A DNA stretch of 64,000 nt from the NCBI GenBank assembly GCA_944363595.1, contig CALVUN010000010.1, forward strand, positions 6,852 to 70,851. Reading direction: 5' to 3'. Position 1 is the stretch's first letter, and every line of letters begins with the position of its first letter. Shown in pieces: positions 36,016 to 45,504 of the stretch. The notes beneath the pieces are model-generated. The model was not told the DNA's origin. It ran no database searches and saw only the letters and a list, made by a program, of their open reading frames with translations. The position numbers and the translations under genes were made by a program. The stretch comes from an uncultured Bacilli bacterium (GTDB lineage: Bacteria > Bacillota_I > Bacilli_A > RF39 > UBA660).

Positions 36016-36327
36016 TTACCTTTTTTTAACCTTAGGTAATTCTTTTTTCTCTTTAGTTAAGTCTAATTTTTGAATAAAAACATCTAAGTCATAATTAATA
36101 ACTAAATAATCAGCAATAATCTGTAATACCTTTCTATTATCAGAAATATTAATCAAATCACACACACCACTATCTTTATCATTAATAGTAATAATTTTAA
36201 ACTCTTGCCCTGTAATAATTTCTTTAGCCATATTATTATTAATAGTTACAATAACTTTAGAAACAATATCACCCATTAAAAAACTATAATAATCCTTAAC
36301 TAATAGTCCACCAAACAATTCTTTCAT
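36016..36327 (-). CDS. hypothetical protein
   Basis: 103-aa ORF, divergent from repeat element A. Confidence 0.4.
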   Translation of the reverse strand: MKELFGGLLVKDYYSFLMGDIVSKVIVTINNNMAKEIITGQEFKIITINDKDSGVCDLINISDNRKVLQIIADYLVINYDLDVFIQKLDLTKEKKELPKVKKR

Positions 36328-36370
36328 ACTATTAATATATGAAAAATTAAGTAAAAAGTCCCCAAAAAGC

Positions 36371-36591
36371 TTGTCAAATAATTAACAATATGGTAATATT
36401 AATATGTAAGATATAGAAAGGTAGGTGTCTCCCTCATGGATAAAGTAAATTATAATAAGTTAACTACAATGATACTAGGGGGGGGGGTATAAATTACCTA
36501 CTTTAAGGATAATTGATAATATAAACAGAAAAAAAACTACAAAGATTAAAGTTTAGCATATAACTAAGCTTATTTCTTTGTAGTTTTTTTC
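36371..36591 (+). repeat. copy A of a repeated roughly 170-nt micro-gene element (promoter, leader, 18-codon ORF, conserved terminator hairpin)
   Basis: TTGTCA-17-TGgTAATAT promoter at 36371-36399. Ribosome-binding site AGGTAGGTG. ORF at 36436-36492. Conserved hairpin AGTTTAG-N7-CTAAGCT at 36550-36570 inside terminator 36533-36591. Homologous to 47668-47868 and, decayed, to 53799-53888. Confidence 0.6.
36436..36492 (+). CDS. micro-ORF A: MDKVNYNKLTTMILGGGV (contains a G10 homopolymer)
   Basis: In frame with a homologous ORF in copy B. The G10 run at 36478-36487 encodes GGG. Confidence 0.4.
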   Translation: MDKVNYNKLTTMILGGGV

Positions 36592-36609
36592 TATAGGAGG
36601 AAGTAAAAG

Positions 36610-38325
36610 ATGAAAAAAATTACAATTATTTTAGGTATCATATTAGTTATTGCCTTAGTAATAAGTTCTTCATATGCCTTATTTTATCAAGAAAATACTT
36701 TAGATAATCAAGAAAGATATGCAACAGGAATATTAGATATTCAATTAGTTGAAGAAGAAGGCTACAATACAAGTATTCAATTAAATAATACTTTACCAAT
36801 GAGTGATGAAGAAGGAAAAAATACTACACCATTTAAGTTAAAATTAAAGAATGTAGGTAATTTATCATATACATTTGATTTAAAATTAATAAATACTGAA
36901 AATGAAAATAGTATAAATCCAGATTATATAAAAATAATGGTTGATAGTGATGAACCAACTACATATAGTAATTTAAATAATAATACTATTAAAACTAATA
37001 TAACTTTAGATCCAAATAAAGAAATAGTAATTGAAATAAGAGTATGGCTGAATAATAATATTTTGAATAGTGAAATTGGTAAAAAATTTAGTGGTAAACT
37101 TGTTGTAGATGGTGTAGGTAGTGAGTATGTTACTGAAAGTACAAAAACATTAGAAAAATTAAATTTAGTATCTAATATAGGAAATCCCGATTTTACTAAA
37201 ATAGCAAATACGGACGAAGGAATATATGCAGCAGAAGATGATTATGGCACAAGCTATTACTTTAGAGGAGCAGTAGAAAATAATTATGTTAAATTTGGTG
37301 AATATGCTAATGATATTTACTATGGATATAATACAGATAAAGTTAGTGCGACATCAGATTATTTACATAAAACATATAATTCTTTAGAAGAATGTCAAAA
37401 TGCAAGTGATTATAACAAATCATGTCAGCTTAGAATAAGCAAGGGAACTCCGATGTACTGGCGAATAATAAGAATAAATGGTGATGGAAGTATCAGAATG
37501 ATCTATGATGGAACAGAACCTCATGAAAATGGAGAGCAAACCTATGATAAAATTATTAATATGAGTGCTTATAATGAAATTGGAACTGATTTAAACTATG
37601 CAGGATATATGTATGGAAATAAATTCTTTGATTGGGATAGTAATTCTAGTTCTAGTGGACTTCTTGCGTATTACGATGAATTTACAGAAACAGGCTTATA
37701 TACATATCCAACTCCAATTGAAGGATCTTATTTTGAAAATATCAATGATAGTAAAGTAAAAAAAGAAATAGATAATTGGTATGCTTCTCATTTTACAAAT
37801 ACCCAATATGAAAAATATCTTGCTGATGTAATTTACTGTAATTATCGTAAGTCATATAAAAATTTTATTGATATAGCATACAAAGGAGGATTTGACTATT
37901 ATGACTTTAATTATAGTACTCCCTTTACAAGTTTAAAGTGTACAATTCAAAATGACCGTTTTACCGTAAATGATACTACTTTAGGTAACGGCGACTTAAC
38001 GTATCCAATAGGATTGATAACTATAGACGAAGTAAATATGGCAGGCGTTTTAGGTGTAGCTAATGGAAGAGCAGAAAAAAATTATTTAATGGGAACAGGT
38101 TTTTGGACAATGTCACCAAATGCTCAAATAATTTACATAGAATTATCAGACACAAACCATGAAGCAAATGTTGTTACATTACATATGGTTGACGTCAATG
38201 GTGCAACATCAAATGCTGTTTTCAATGATACTACCGGAGTGAGACCTGTAATTTCTATAAAAGGCGATACAAACTTAATAGGAACAGGTACTATCAATAA
38301 TCCATTCAGATTAGCAGAAGATTAA
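36610..38325 (+). CDS. large secreted protein with a SipW-cognate-type signal peptide and an N-terminal TasA/camelysin-like domain
   Basis: The N-terminus ...SSSYALFYQENTLDNQERYATGILDIQL fits the AxFxD...GTLDL pattern of SipW-dependent signal peptides. The following domain parallels TasA (NL.P..D....F.L.N.G.L). A roughly 350-aa C-terminal extension is unknown. Confidence 0.5.
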   Translation: MKKITIILGIILVIALVISSSYALFYQENTLDNQERYATGILDIQLVEEEGYNTSIQLNNTLPMSDEEGKNTTPFKLKLKNVGNLSYTFDLKLINTENENSINPDYIKIMVDSDEPTTYSNLNNNTIKTNITLDPNKEIVIEIRVWLNNNILNSEIGKKFSGKLVVDGVGSEYVTESTKTLEKLNLVSNIGNPDFTKIANTDEGIYAAEDDYGTSYYFRGAVENNYVKFGEYANDIYYGYNTDKVSATSDYLHKTYNSLEECQNASDYNKSCQLRISKGTPMYWRIIRINGDGSIRMIYDGTEPHENGEQTYDKIINMSAYNEIGTDLNYAGYMYGNKFFDWDSNSSSSGLLAYYDEFTETGLYTYPTPIEGSYFENINDSKVKKEIDNWYASHFTNTQYEKYLADVIYCNYRKSYKNFIDIAYKGGFDYYDFNYSTPFTSLKCTIQNDRFTVNDTTLGNGDLTYPIGLITIDEVNMAGVLGVANGRAEKNYLMGTGFWTMSPNAQIIYIELSDTNHEANVVTLHMVDVNGATSNAVFNDTTGVRPVISIKGDTNLIGTGTINNPFRLAED

Positions 38326-38328
38326 TTA

Positions 38329-38358
38329 CAAGTTAAATTATAACTTGTTTTTTTCTGT
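38329..38358 (+). terminator. rho-independent terminator
   Basis: Hairpin ACAAGTTAaattTAACTTGT followed by T7. Confidence 0.55.
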
Positions 38359-38433
38359 TAAAATTAAATAACAATAAATAAAAAAATGTGCTATAATATA
38401 CTCTGAAATTAAATTTTAAGGAGGGGCAATGCC

Positions 38434-39459
38434 ATGAAAACCGATGATTTTGATTATTATTTACCAGAAAGATTAATTGCTCAAACACCATTAGATAAAA
38501 GAGATGAATCTAAAATGATGGTTTTAGATCGCCATACAGGTCAAATAGAACATAAGCATTTTTATGATGTCGTTGATTACTTAAATGAAGGTGATGTATT
38601 AGTTTTAAATAACACCAAAGTAATACCCGCTCATCTTTTTGGTGTTAAAGAAAATACTAAAGCTCATATTGAAATTTTACTTTTAAAAAATATTAAAGAT
38701 AATACGTGGGAATGCTTAACCAAGCCTGCCAAAAGAGTTAAAGAGGGTACTATAATATCTTTTGGCGATGGTCTATTAAAAGCCAAATGTACTGCAGCAA
38801 AAGAAGAAGGAATACGTCATTTAGATTTTGTATATGAAGGAATATTTTATGAAATATTAGATAAATTAGGAACTATGCCTCTACCTCCATACATTAAAGA
38901 AAAACTAGATAATCCCGATCGCTATCAAACAGTTTATGCTAAAGAAGAAGGTAGTGCCGCTGCTCCAACTGCAGGTCTTCATTTCACACAAGAATTACTC
39001 AATAAAATTAAAAATAAAGGAATTATAATTTGTTATATAACACTTCATGTTGGTTTAGGAACTTTTAGACCCGTAAATGTTGAAGATGTTACCAAACATA
39101 AAATGCATTCAGAATTCTTTACCATGAGTGAAGAAACAGCCCAAATTTTAAATAAAGCCAAGGCTGAAAAAAGACGTATTATCAGTGTAGGAACTACTAC
39201 TACAAGAACATTAGAAACAATAATGGAAAAATATGGTCAATTTGGTAAATATTCAGGTTGGACGGATATCTTTATCTATCCAGGTTTTAAATTTAAAGCC
39301 ATTGATGGTTTAATAACTAATTTTCATTTACCAAAATCAACTTTGGTTATGCTAGTTTCTGCTTTTGCAAGCAGAGAAATAATCTTAAACGCTTATCAAG
39401 AAGCTGTAAAAAAAGAGTACCGTTTTTTCTCATTTGGGGACTCAATGTTTATCAAATAA
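38434..39459 (+). CDS. queA: S-adenosylmethionine:tRNA ribosyltransferase-isomerase
   Basis: Starts [15 protein letters not shown]. Full-length collinearity. Confidence 0.9.
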   Translation: MKTDDFDYYLPERLIAQTPLDKRDESKMMVLDRHTGQIEHKHFYDVVDYLNEGDVLVLNNTKVIPAHLFGVKENTKAHIEILLLKNIKDNTWECLTKPAKRVKEGTIISFGDGLLKAKCTAAKEEGIRHLDFVYEGIFYEILDKLGTMPLPPYIKEKLDNPDRYQTVYAKEEGSAAAPTAGLHFTQELLNKIKNKGIIICYITLHVGLGTFRPVNVEDVTKHKMHSEFFTMSEETAQILNKAKAEKRRIISVGTTTTRTLETIMEKYGQFGKYSGWTDIFIYPGFKFKAIDGLITNFHLPKSTLVMLVSAFASREIILNAYQEAVKKEYRFFSFGDSMFIK

Positions 39460-39562
39460 TGAAAAACTGTCAAAAATAAGTTGCTTTTTTTAAAAAAATG
39501 CCATAAAAAAAAGGAAAATAGCATTTTATGTAGAATATTATAATTAGAGAGGTGATTTCATC

Positions 39563-41314
39563 ATGACTAAAATTAGTGAAGAAATCATTAATGATATTCG
39601 TAAAAAAACTGATATAGTTGAAGTAATTTCTAGGTATTTACCATTAACAAAAAAAGGAAAGAACTATTTTGGTGTTTGTCCTTTTCATGATGATCATTCA
39701 CCTAGTATGAGTGTTTCACCAGAAAAACAAATTTTTACATGTTTTTCATGTGGAGCTTCTGGTAATGTTTTTACTTTTGTTTCAAATTATGAACATATTA
39801 GTTTCGTCGAAGCCGTTCGTCTTTTAGGAAATAAATTAGGCTATAATTTAGAACACAGTACTAAAATTGAAAATCCACATCAAAAAGATTTAGAAATTTA
39901 TAAATTAGCTACAAAATTTTATCAAAATAACATTAATACAGTTTTAGGTAAGAATGCTATTAAATATCTAGAAGATAGAAAAATAGATCGTGAAACAATA
40001 AAGAAATTTGAAATTGGACTAGCTATTCAAAAAGTATCACTAACAGATTATTTAAAAAGTAAAAATATTTCTTTGGATAAAATGATTGAATTAGGTATCG
40101 CTAATAATACTGGCAATGATATTTTTGTCAATCGTATCATTTTTCCATTATATGACTTATCAGGTAATATTGTTGCTTTTTCTGGGCGTATTTATAATAC
40201 CAAAGATAGTAGTAAATATCTTAACACTAAAGAAACACCATTATTTAAAAAAAGACAATTATTATATAACTATCATCGCGCCCATGAGCATCTTCGAAAA
40301 AATGATTACATCATCATCATGGAAGGTTTCATGGATGTTATAAGAGCATCGACAATTGGTATAGATAATTGTGTCGCTACTATGGGAACATCTTTTACCA
40401 AAGAACATGCTAATCTCGTTAAGAAGATGACGGATAATATTATTCTTTGTTTTGATGGTGACGCTGCCGGTGAGGAAGCAACCATCAGTGCCATTAAAGT
40501 TTTAGAGGAAATTCACGTGGAACCTAAAATAATAAGATTAGAGGACTATAAAGATCCTGATGAATATATTATTAACAAAGGTAAAGATGCCTTTATAAAT
40601 AAAATCACTAATGCTATATCTGTTATTGACTTTAAAATGCAATTATTAAGACATGATAAAAATTTAAAAGATATAAATGATATATCATTATTTCTAGAAG
40701 AAACACTCAAAGAATTAACCAAAACCAAAGATGAGATTGTCGTTGAATTAACTCTAAGAAAAATGGCCCAAGAGTTCAATATCAATTATGACACATTATA
40801 TCAAAAATATAAACAATATGATCAAACAAGTAAAGTAAATAGACAAGATAATCAAGTTGTTGTTAAGAAAAATGATACAAGCAAATATCAATACGAGAAA
40901 GCAGAACTTAGTCTCATCTATTATATGTTAAAAGATAGTGATGTAATAAATATTGTCGAAAAAAAAGTTGGATATTTCCCAACACCAACAGTAAGATATT
41001 TGTCTAATGAAATAATTGCTTATTATCATAAATATGGTCAAATAAATGAAGCAGATTTTATAAGCTATATAAGCGATAAAGAAGAATTAAAACCAGTAAT
41101 TAGTAATATCTTATCTTTAGATAGTCGACCTGAATTTAATAAAGAAAAAACCAATTTAATGGAAATAGATGATTATATTGCATCAATTAATAAATATGTT
41201 AAAAACAAAAAAATTGAAGAATTAGAACAAAGTTTAGGAAATGAGTCAGATATAAAAAAGCAATTAGAAATTATAAACGAAATTTCTAAGATAAAAGGAG
41301 TGAAAGTATGGTAG
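39563..41314 (+). CDS. dnaG: DNA primase
   Basis: Zn-ribbon [11 protein letters not shown]...CFSCG, TOPRIM domain (EGFMDV, DGDAAG) and a C-terminal helicase-binding domain. Confidence 0.92.
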   Translation: MTKISEEIINDIRKKTDIVEVISRYLPLTKKGKNYFGVCPFHDDHSPSMSVSPEKQIFTCFSCGASGNVFTFVSNYEHISFVEAVRLLGNKLGYNLEHSTKIENPHQKDLEIYKLATKFYQNNINTVLGKNAIKYLEDRKIDRETIKKFEIGLAIQKVSLTDYLKSKNISLDKMIELGIANNTGNDIFVNRIIFPLYDLSGNIVAFSGRIYNTKDSSKYLNTKETPLFKKRQLLYNYHRAHEHLRKNDYIIIMEGFMDVIRASTIGIDNCVATMGTSFTKEHANLVKKMTDNIILCFDGDAAGEEATISAIKVLEEIHVEPKIIRLEDYKDPDEYIINKGKDAFINKITNAISVIDFKMQLLRHDKNLKDINDISLFLEETLKELTKTKDEIVVELTLRKMAQEFNINYDTLYQKYKQYDQTSKVNRQDNQVVVKKNDTSKYQYEKAELSLIYYMLKDSDVINIVEKKVGYFPTPTVRYLSNEIIAYYHKYGQINEADFISYISDKEELKPVISNILSLDSRPEFNKEKTNLMEIDDYIASINKYVKNKKIEELEQSLGNESDIKKQLEIINEISKIKGVKVW

Positions 41315-42411
41315 AAGAAATAAAAAGTTATGAACAAAGAAAAGAAGACTTAATAAAGAAAGGTAAAGAAAAAGGATATATTACATATGAAGAGTTAGCT
41401 GCCGAACTAAAAGGTTTAGATCTAGATAGTGACAGTCTTGATGATTTATATAACAGCTTAATGGAAAATGACATCAACATTGTTACAGAAGAAAATATAG
41501 GAGCAGATGATAATGCTGCTGATGATACAGGTGGCGATTTAGATCTTCTATTAAAAGATGCCAATATCGCCAAAGAATTAACTATTAATGATCCTGTTCG
41601 TATGTACTTAAAAGAAATAGGTAAAATAAGTTTATTAACTTTAGAAGAAGAAACAGCTTTATCAGAGAGAATAGCTAATGGTGATGAAGAAGCAAAAAAT
41701 ATTCTTGCCGAATCTAACTTACGTCTCGTTGTATCAATCGCTAAAAGATATGTTGGTCGTGGTATGCTATTTCTTGATTTAATACAAGAAGGTAATATTG
41801 GACTTATGAAAGCCGTTGAAAAATTCGATGCCAATAAAGGATACAAATTTTCAACATATGCTACTTGGTGGATTAGACAAGCTATTACTCGTGCCATTGC
41901 CGATCAAGCAAGAACCATTCGTGTTCCTGTTCACATGGTTGAAACAATAAATAAATTATCTCGTTGTCAACGCCAATTAATTCTTGAATTAAATCGTGAA
42001 CCAACCGATGAAGAATTAGCCAAAAAAATGAATTTATCTATCGATAAAGTCCGTGAAGTAATCAAAATAGCTCAAGAACCTGTATCACTAGAAACGCCAA
42101 TTGGAGAAGAAGATGATTCTCATTTAGGTGATTTTGTCAAAGACGAAAGAAGCATGTCACCAGAAGAATTTACTATCCATGAAATGTTAAAAGATGAAAT
42201 AAGTGATGTCCTTTTAACCTTAACCGAAAGAGAAGAGCAAGTATTAAGATTACGTTTTGGTTTAGATGATGGTAGTTGTAAAACCTTAGAAGAAGTTGGT
42301 CAAATGTTTGGTGTAACAAGAGAGAGAATAAGACAAATTGAAGCTAAAGCACTAAGAAAATTACGTCATCCATCAAGAAGTCGTAAATTAAAGGATTTCT
42401 TAAATGATTAA
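41308..42411 (+). CDS. sigA: primary sigma factor SigA/RpoD
   Basis: Region 1.1 acidic, region 2 [22 protein letters not shown], and region 4.2. Overlaps the dnaG end by 7 nt, a classic operon arrangement. Confidence 0.95.
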   Translation: MVEEIKSYEQRKEDLIKKGKEKGYITYEELAAELKGLDLDSDSLDDLYNSLMENDINIVTEENIGADDNAADDTGGDLDLLLKDANIAKELTINDPVRMYLKEIGKISLLTLEEETALSERIANGDEEAKNILAESNLRLVVSIAKRYVGRGMLFLDLIQEGNIGLMKAVEKFDANKGYKFSTYATWWIRQAITRAIADQARTIRVPVHMVETINKLSRCQRQLILELNREPTDEELAKKMNLSIDKVREVIKIAQEPVSLETPIGEEDDSHLGDFVKDERSMSPEEFTIHEMLKDEISDVLLTLTEREEQVLRLRFGLDDGSCKTLEEVGQMFGVTRERIRQIEAKALRKLRHPSRSRKLKDFLND

Positions 42412-43084
42412 AATATCCAAACGTCTCCAAGAAGTCGCAAATTACATCAAAGATAATTGTAACTTAGTCGATATAGGTTGTGACCATGGATATTTAGACA
42501 TATATTTATATCAAAATAGAAAAAATATTCATATTATTGCTAGTGATATCAACGAAAAAGCTCTAAATAGTGCCAGAAATAATATAAAAAAATTCAAATT
42601 AACAAACAAAATAGAAACAAGATTAGGAAACGGATTAGACAATATAAAACAAAATGAAGTAGATACAATAGTAATGTCTGGTTTAGGCAGTCATACTATT
42701 GTAGGAATTCTTTATACCAATCGTTCAAAATTAAAAAATGTTAACCAAATTGTTATTCAAAGTAATACAGATTTAAAATTCTTAAGGACCAAAGTAACAA
42801 AACTAGGATATTACATTCAAGATGAAAAAATAATAAAAGAAGGAAAAATAATTTATACAATAATAAATTTTCAAAAAGGAAAGAGAAGATATACCCCAAA
42901 AGAACTATATTTCGGTCCTATTCTTCTAAAAGAAAACAATAAATTATTTATAGAAAAAAACAAAGAAGAACTAAAAAAATTAGAAATATTAATAAAAATA
43001 ATTCCCAAAAACCATTATCATCTGCGAATAAAAACGCATCTCAAAATAAAGTTACTAAAACAAATTATCAAAAAAGATTATTAA
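42404..43084 (+). CDS. trmK: tRNA (adenine22-N1)-methyltransferase TrmK (YqfN-like)
   Basis: [14 protein letters not shown]-binding motif. The dnaG-sigA-trmK order is conserved. Confidence 0.75.
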   Translation: MIKISKRLQEVANYIKDNCNLVDIGCDHGYLDIYLYQNRKNIHIIASDINEKALNSARNNIKKFKLTNKIETRLGNGLDNIKQNEVDTIVMSGLGSHTIVGILYTNRSKLKNVNQIVIQSNTDLKFLRTKVTKLGYYIQDEKIIKEGKIIYTIINFQKGKRRYTPKELYFGPILLKENNKLFIEKNKEELKKLEILIKIIPKNHYHLRIKTHLKIKLLKQIIKKDY

Positions 43085-43149
43085 AAGTCTCCTGAATTCA
43101 TATTAAGACTAATAATCTTTTTCTTATTTTTAAAAGGAAGGTCAATATT

Positions 43150-44892
43150 ATGAATAAAAATAAATCCAATTTTTTAAAATGTATAAAAAAAAGTTGGAAA
43201 TATATAAGAAAAACAAAACTACAATTAGTTATATATATAATTCTTGAAACACTTGTAACACTAACTATTGTTATTTTCCCAGCATTATCATCAAAAATAA
43301 TACTAGCAATAACAGATAATTTGTTAGACCAAGTAATAATTATAAGTTTAATAAGTCTTATATGTGGTATAATATACACCATTGCGGGAAATATAGCTAA
43401 TCGTTTTTCACAATACTTATATATAAAAATAGTTCAAGATATTCAAGAAAAAATGACAGAAGAAGCATTAAAAATAGAAACAAAAGAAATAGATAAAAAC
43501 GGTACAGGAATTTTTATAGAACGTTTAAATAATGATACCAACACCTTAGCGGATGTCTTTATAGTGATCATAAGTGATTTAATACCACTTATTACCAAAG
43601 TAAGTTTAATATTATCAATTTTCTTTATAAATAAATATATGTTCATATATTGCTTGTTCAATGTTGTATGTATATTTATAATAGATAGATATCGTATGAA
43701 AAAATTTTATGAAGTAAGCAATGAATTAAAAGAGCAAACAGAAATAAAAACTAGTCTTACATCAGAAATAGTAAGAGGATTTCGTGATATAAGAGTATTA
43801 AATATTGAAAAACCAATTCTAGCAAAAATGAAACAAGTCATAAGTTCATGTAACAAAAAATCATATAACTTAAGAAATATCAGAAGAAAATATAATTTAA
43901 TCGAGGGAATAGCATCTGAAATATTTAGTTTTGGCTTTATTATTTTTGGCGTTTACTTATGTAGTATAAATAAATTAGAAATAGCCAATTTCATCCTATT
44001 ATATATGTATGGAAGTAATATAGAAACAGCACTAACCCAGCTACCAGTTATCTTAGAAGAAATAAAAAGATTTGATTTATCTACAGAAAGAGTCTTTGAA
44101 GTTATAGAAAATAACAAATATGCCAAAGAAAAGTTTGGCAATGAAACAATTCCCAAAGCCCATGGAGATTTTGAATTTCAGAATGTAACATTTAGTTATG
44201 ATGGTAAACATAACGTCATAGATAACATGAGTTTTAAAATAAGAGCTAACGAAACAGTATCATTTGTAGGAAAATCAGGAGCAGGGAAGACAACGATATT
44301 CAATCTTCTAAACAAATCATATCCCATTACTCAAGGTAAAATATTAATAGATGGCAAAGATATAAATACACTTGACAAAGATAGTATTAGAAATAATATG
44401 TCAATTATTACTCAAAATCCATATATTTTCAATATGAGTATCAAAGAAAATTTAGCAATTGTCAAACCAGATCTAACTGAAGAAGAAATGGTAAAAGTAT
44501 GCAAAATAGCATGCCTCGATGATTTTATTGAAACATTGCCAGATAAATATAACACCATTATTGGTGAAAATGGTATTATGCTATCAGGAGGCCAAAAACA
44601 ACGCTTAGCTATTGCTAGAGCACTTCTCAAAAAAACAGAAATAATTCTTTTAGATGAAGCTACAAGTGCTTTAGATAACGATACCCAAAGTGAAATTCAA
44701 AAAGCAATTAACAATATGAAAGGTGAATATACTATTCTAATAATTGCCCATCGCTTATCAACTGTCATTGATAGTGATCGCATTATTCTAATCGACAATG
44801 GTCATGTCATCGATTCTGGAACTCATAATGAATTATTACATAAAAATGAATTTTACCAACATTTGTATCAGAAAGAACTAGAAGAAAACTAA
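43150..44892 (+). CDS. ABC transporter, fused permease/ATPase (type I exporter)
   Basis: Six transmembrane helices, Walker A GKSGAGKTT, signature LSGGQKQRLAIARAL, Walker B ILLDEATSALD. Confidence 0.85.
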   Translation: MNKNKSNFLKCIKKSWKYIRKTKLQLVIYIILETLVTLTIVIFPALSSKIILAITDNLLDQVIIISLISLICGIIYTIAGNIANRFSQYLYIKIVQDIQEKMTEEALKIETKEIDKNGTGIFIERLNNDTNTLADVFIVIISDLIPLITKVSLILSIFFINKYMFIYCLFNVVCIFIIDRYRMKKFYEVSNELKEQTEIKTSLTSEIVRGFRDIRVLNIEKPILAKMKQVISSCNKKSYNLRNIRRKYNLIEGIASEIFSFGFIIFGVYLCSINKLEIANFILLYMYGSNIETALTQLPVILEEIKRFDLSTERVFEVIENNKYAKEKFGNETIPKAHGDFEFQNVTFSYDGKHNVIDNMSFKIRANETVSFVGKSGAGKTTIFNLLNKSYPITQGKILIDGKDINTLDKDSIRNNMSIITQNPYIFNMSIKENLAIVKPDLTEEEMVKVCKIACLDDFIETLPDKYNTIIGENGIMLSGGQKQRLAIARALLKKTEIILLDEATSALDNDTQSEIQKAINNMKGEYTILIIAHRLSTVIDSDRIILIDNGHVIDSGTHNELLHKNEFYQHLYQKELEEN

Positions 44893-44893
44893 A

Positions 44894-44920
44894 AACCAAC
44901 CATGCATATGGTTGATTTTT
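44894..44920. terminator. bidirectional terminator palindrome between the convergent ABC and yqfQ-like genes
   Basis: AACCATGCATATGGTT palindrome flanked by A-runs and T-runs. Confidence 0.5.
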
Positions 44921-45359
44921 AAATGAAGAAATTAGGATTTTGTGAATTTGAAGAAGTAGTATTATTAATAAAAGTATTATCGTTAACTTGTTTATTATTC
45001 ATTGTATTACTATTACTATTACTATTACTATTATCAACTTTTTTACTATCAGTTTCATCCTTAAAAGCAGATGCAAGTCGCAACATAGATTTCATATTAT
45101 TAAACATAGGACCAGCCTGTTTAACAAGAGGAATAGCTTGATTAACAACACCTAAAGCCCTTGAAGCATTATTCAAAAGACCACCCCAATTAACTCCTTT
45201 AAGCAAACCAGTCCCATGTCCAATTTTGCCCATTAAACCCATTCCCTGGTTACCCAGAACTCTACCGCCTAAACCCATAGTTCCTCTTGTTAAAGCAGAA
45301 TAAGGCATCATCTGTGGCATAGACATACCATATGGAGTATAAAAACCTTGATTAAACAT
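44919..45359 (-). CDS. YqfQ/VrrA-family spore protein
   Basis: Gly/Met-rich N-terminus. LGVVNQAIPLVKQAGPMFNNMKSMLRLASAFKDETDSKK matches the YqfQ core (MLGVAQQVMPMVQQYGPLVKNLPAMWKIYKQLKNADDTDE). Contains a (SN)n tract encoded by a (TATTAC)n repeat. Confidence 0.6.
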   Translation of the reverse strand: MFNQGFYTPYGMSMPQMMPYSALTRGTMGLGGRVLGNQGMGLMGKIGHGTGLLKGVNWGGLLNNASRALGVVNQAIPLVKQAGPMFNNMKSMLRLASAFKDETDSKKVDNSNSNSNSNTMNNKQVNDNTFINNTTSSNSQNPNFFI

Positions 45360-45504
45360 ATCTTTTACCCCTTCCTAAAATATTATATGATTTACTAGCC
45401 TAAATGTTAAAAAAAATTAAAAAATAAAAAAAGAATAAAAAGTATTAAAAAAAAAACAAAAATATGATACAATATATTTAGAATAAAAATAGGAGGTGGA
45501 AAGT

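Noticed and set aside
40116-40343. 75-aa + strand ORF inside dnaG
   Set aside because: It lies entirely within the primase gene in another frame. It is a hydrophobic low-complexity translation typical of AT-rich out-of-frame reads and has no ribosome-binding site.
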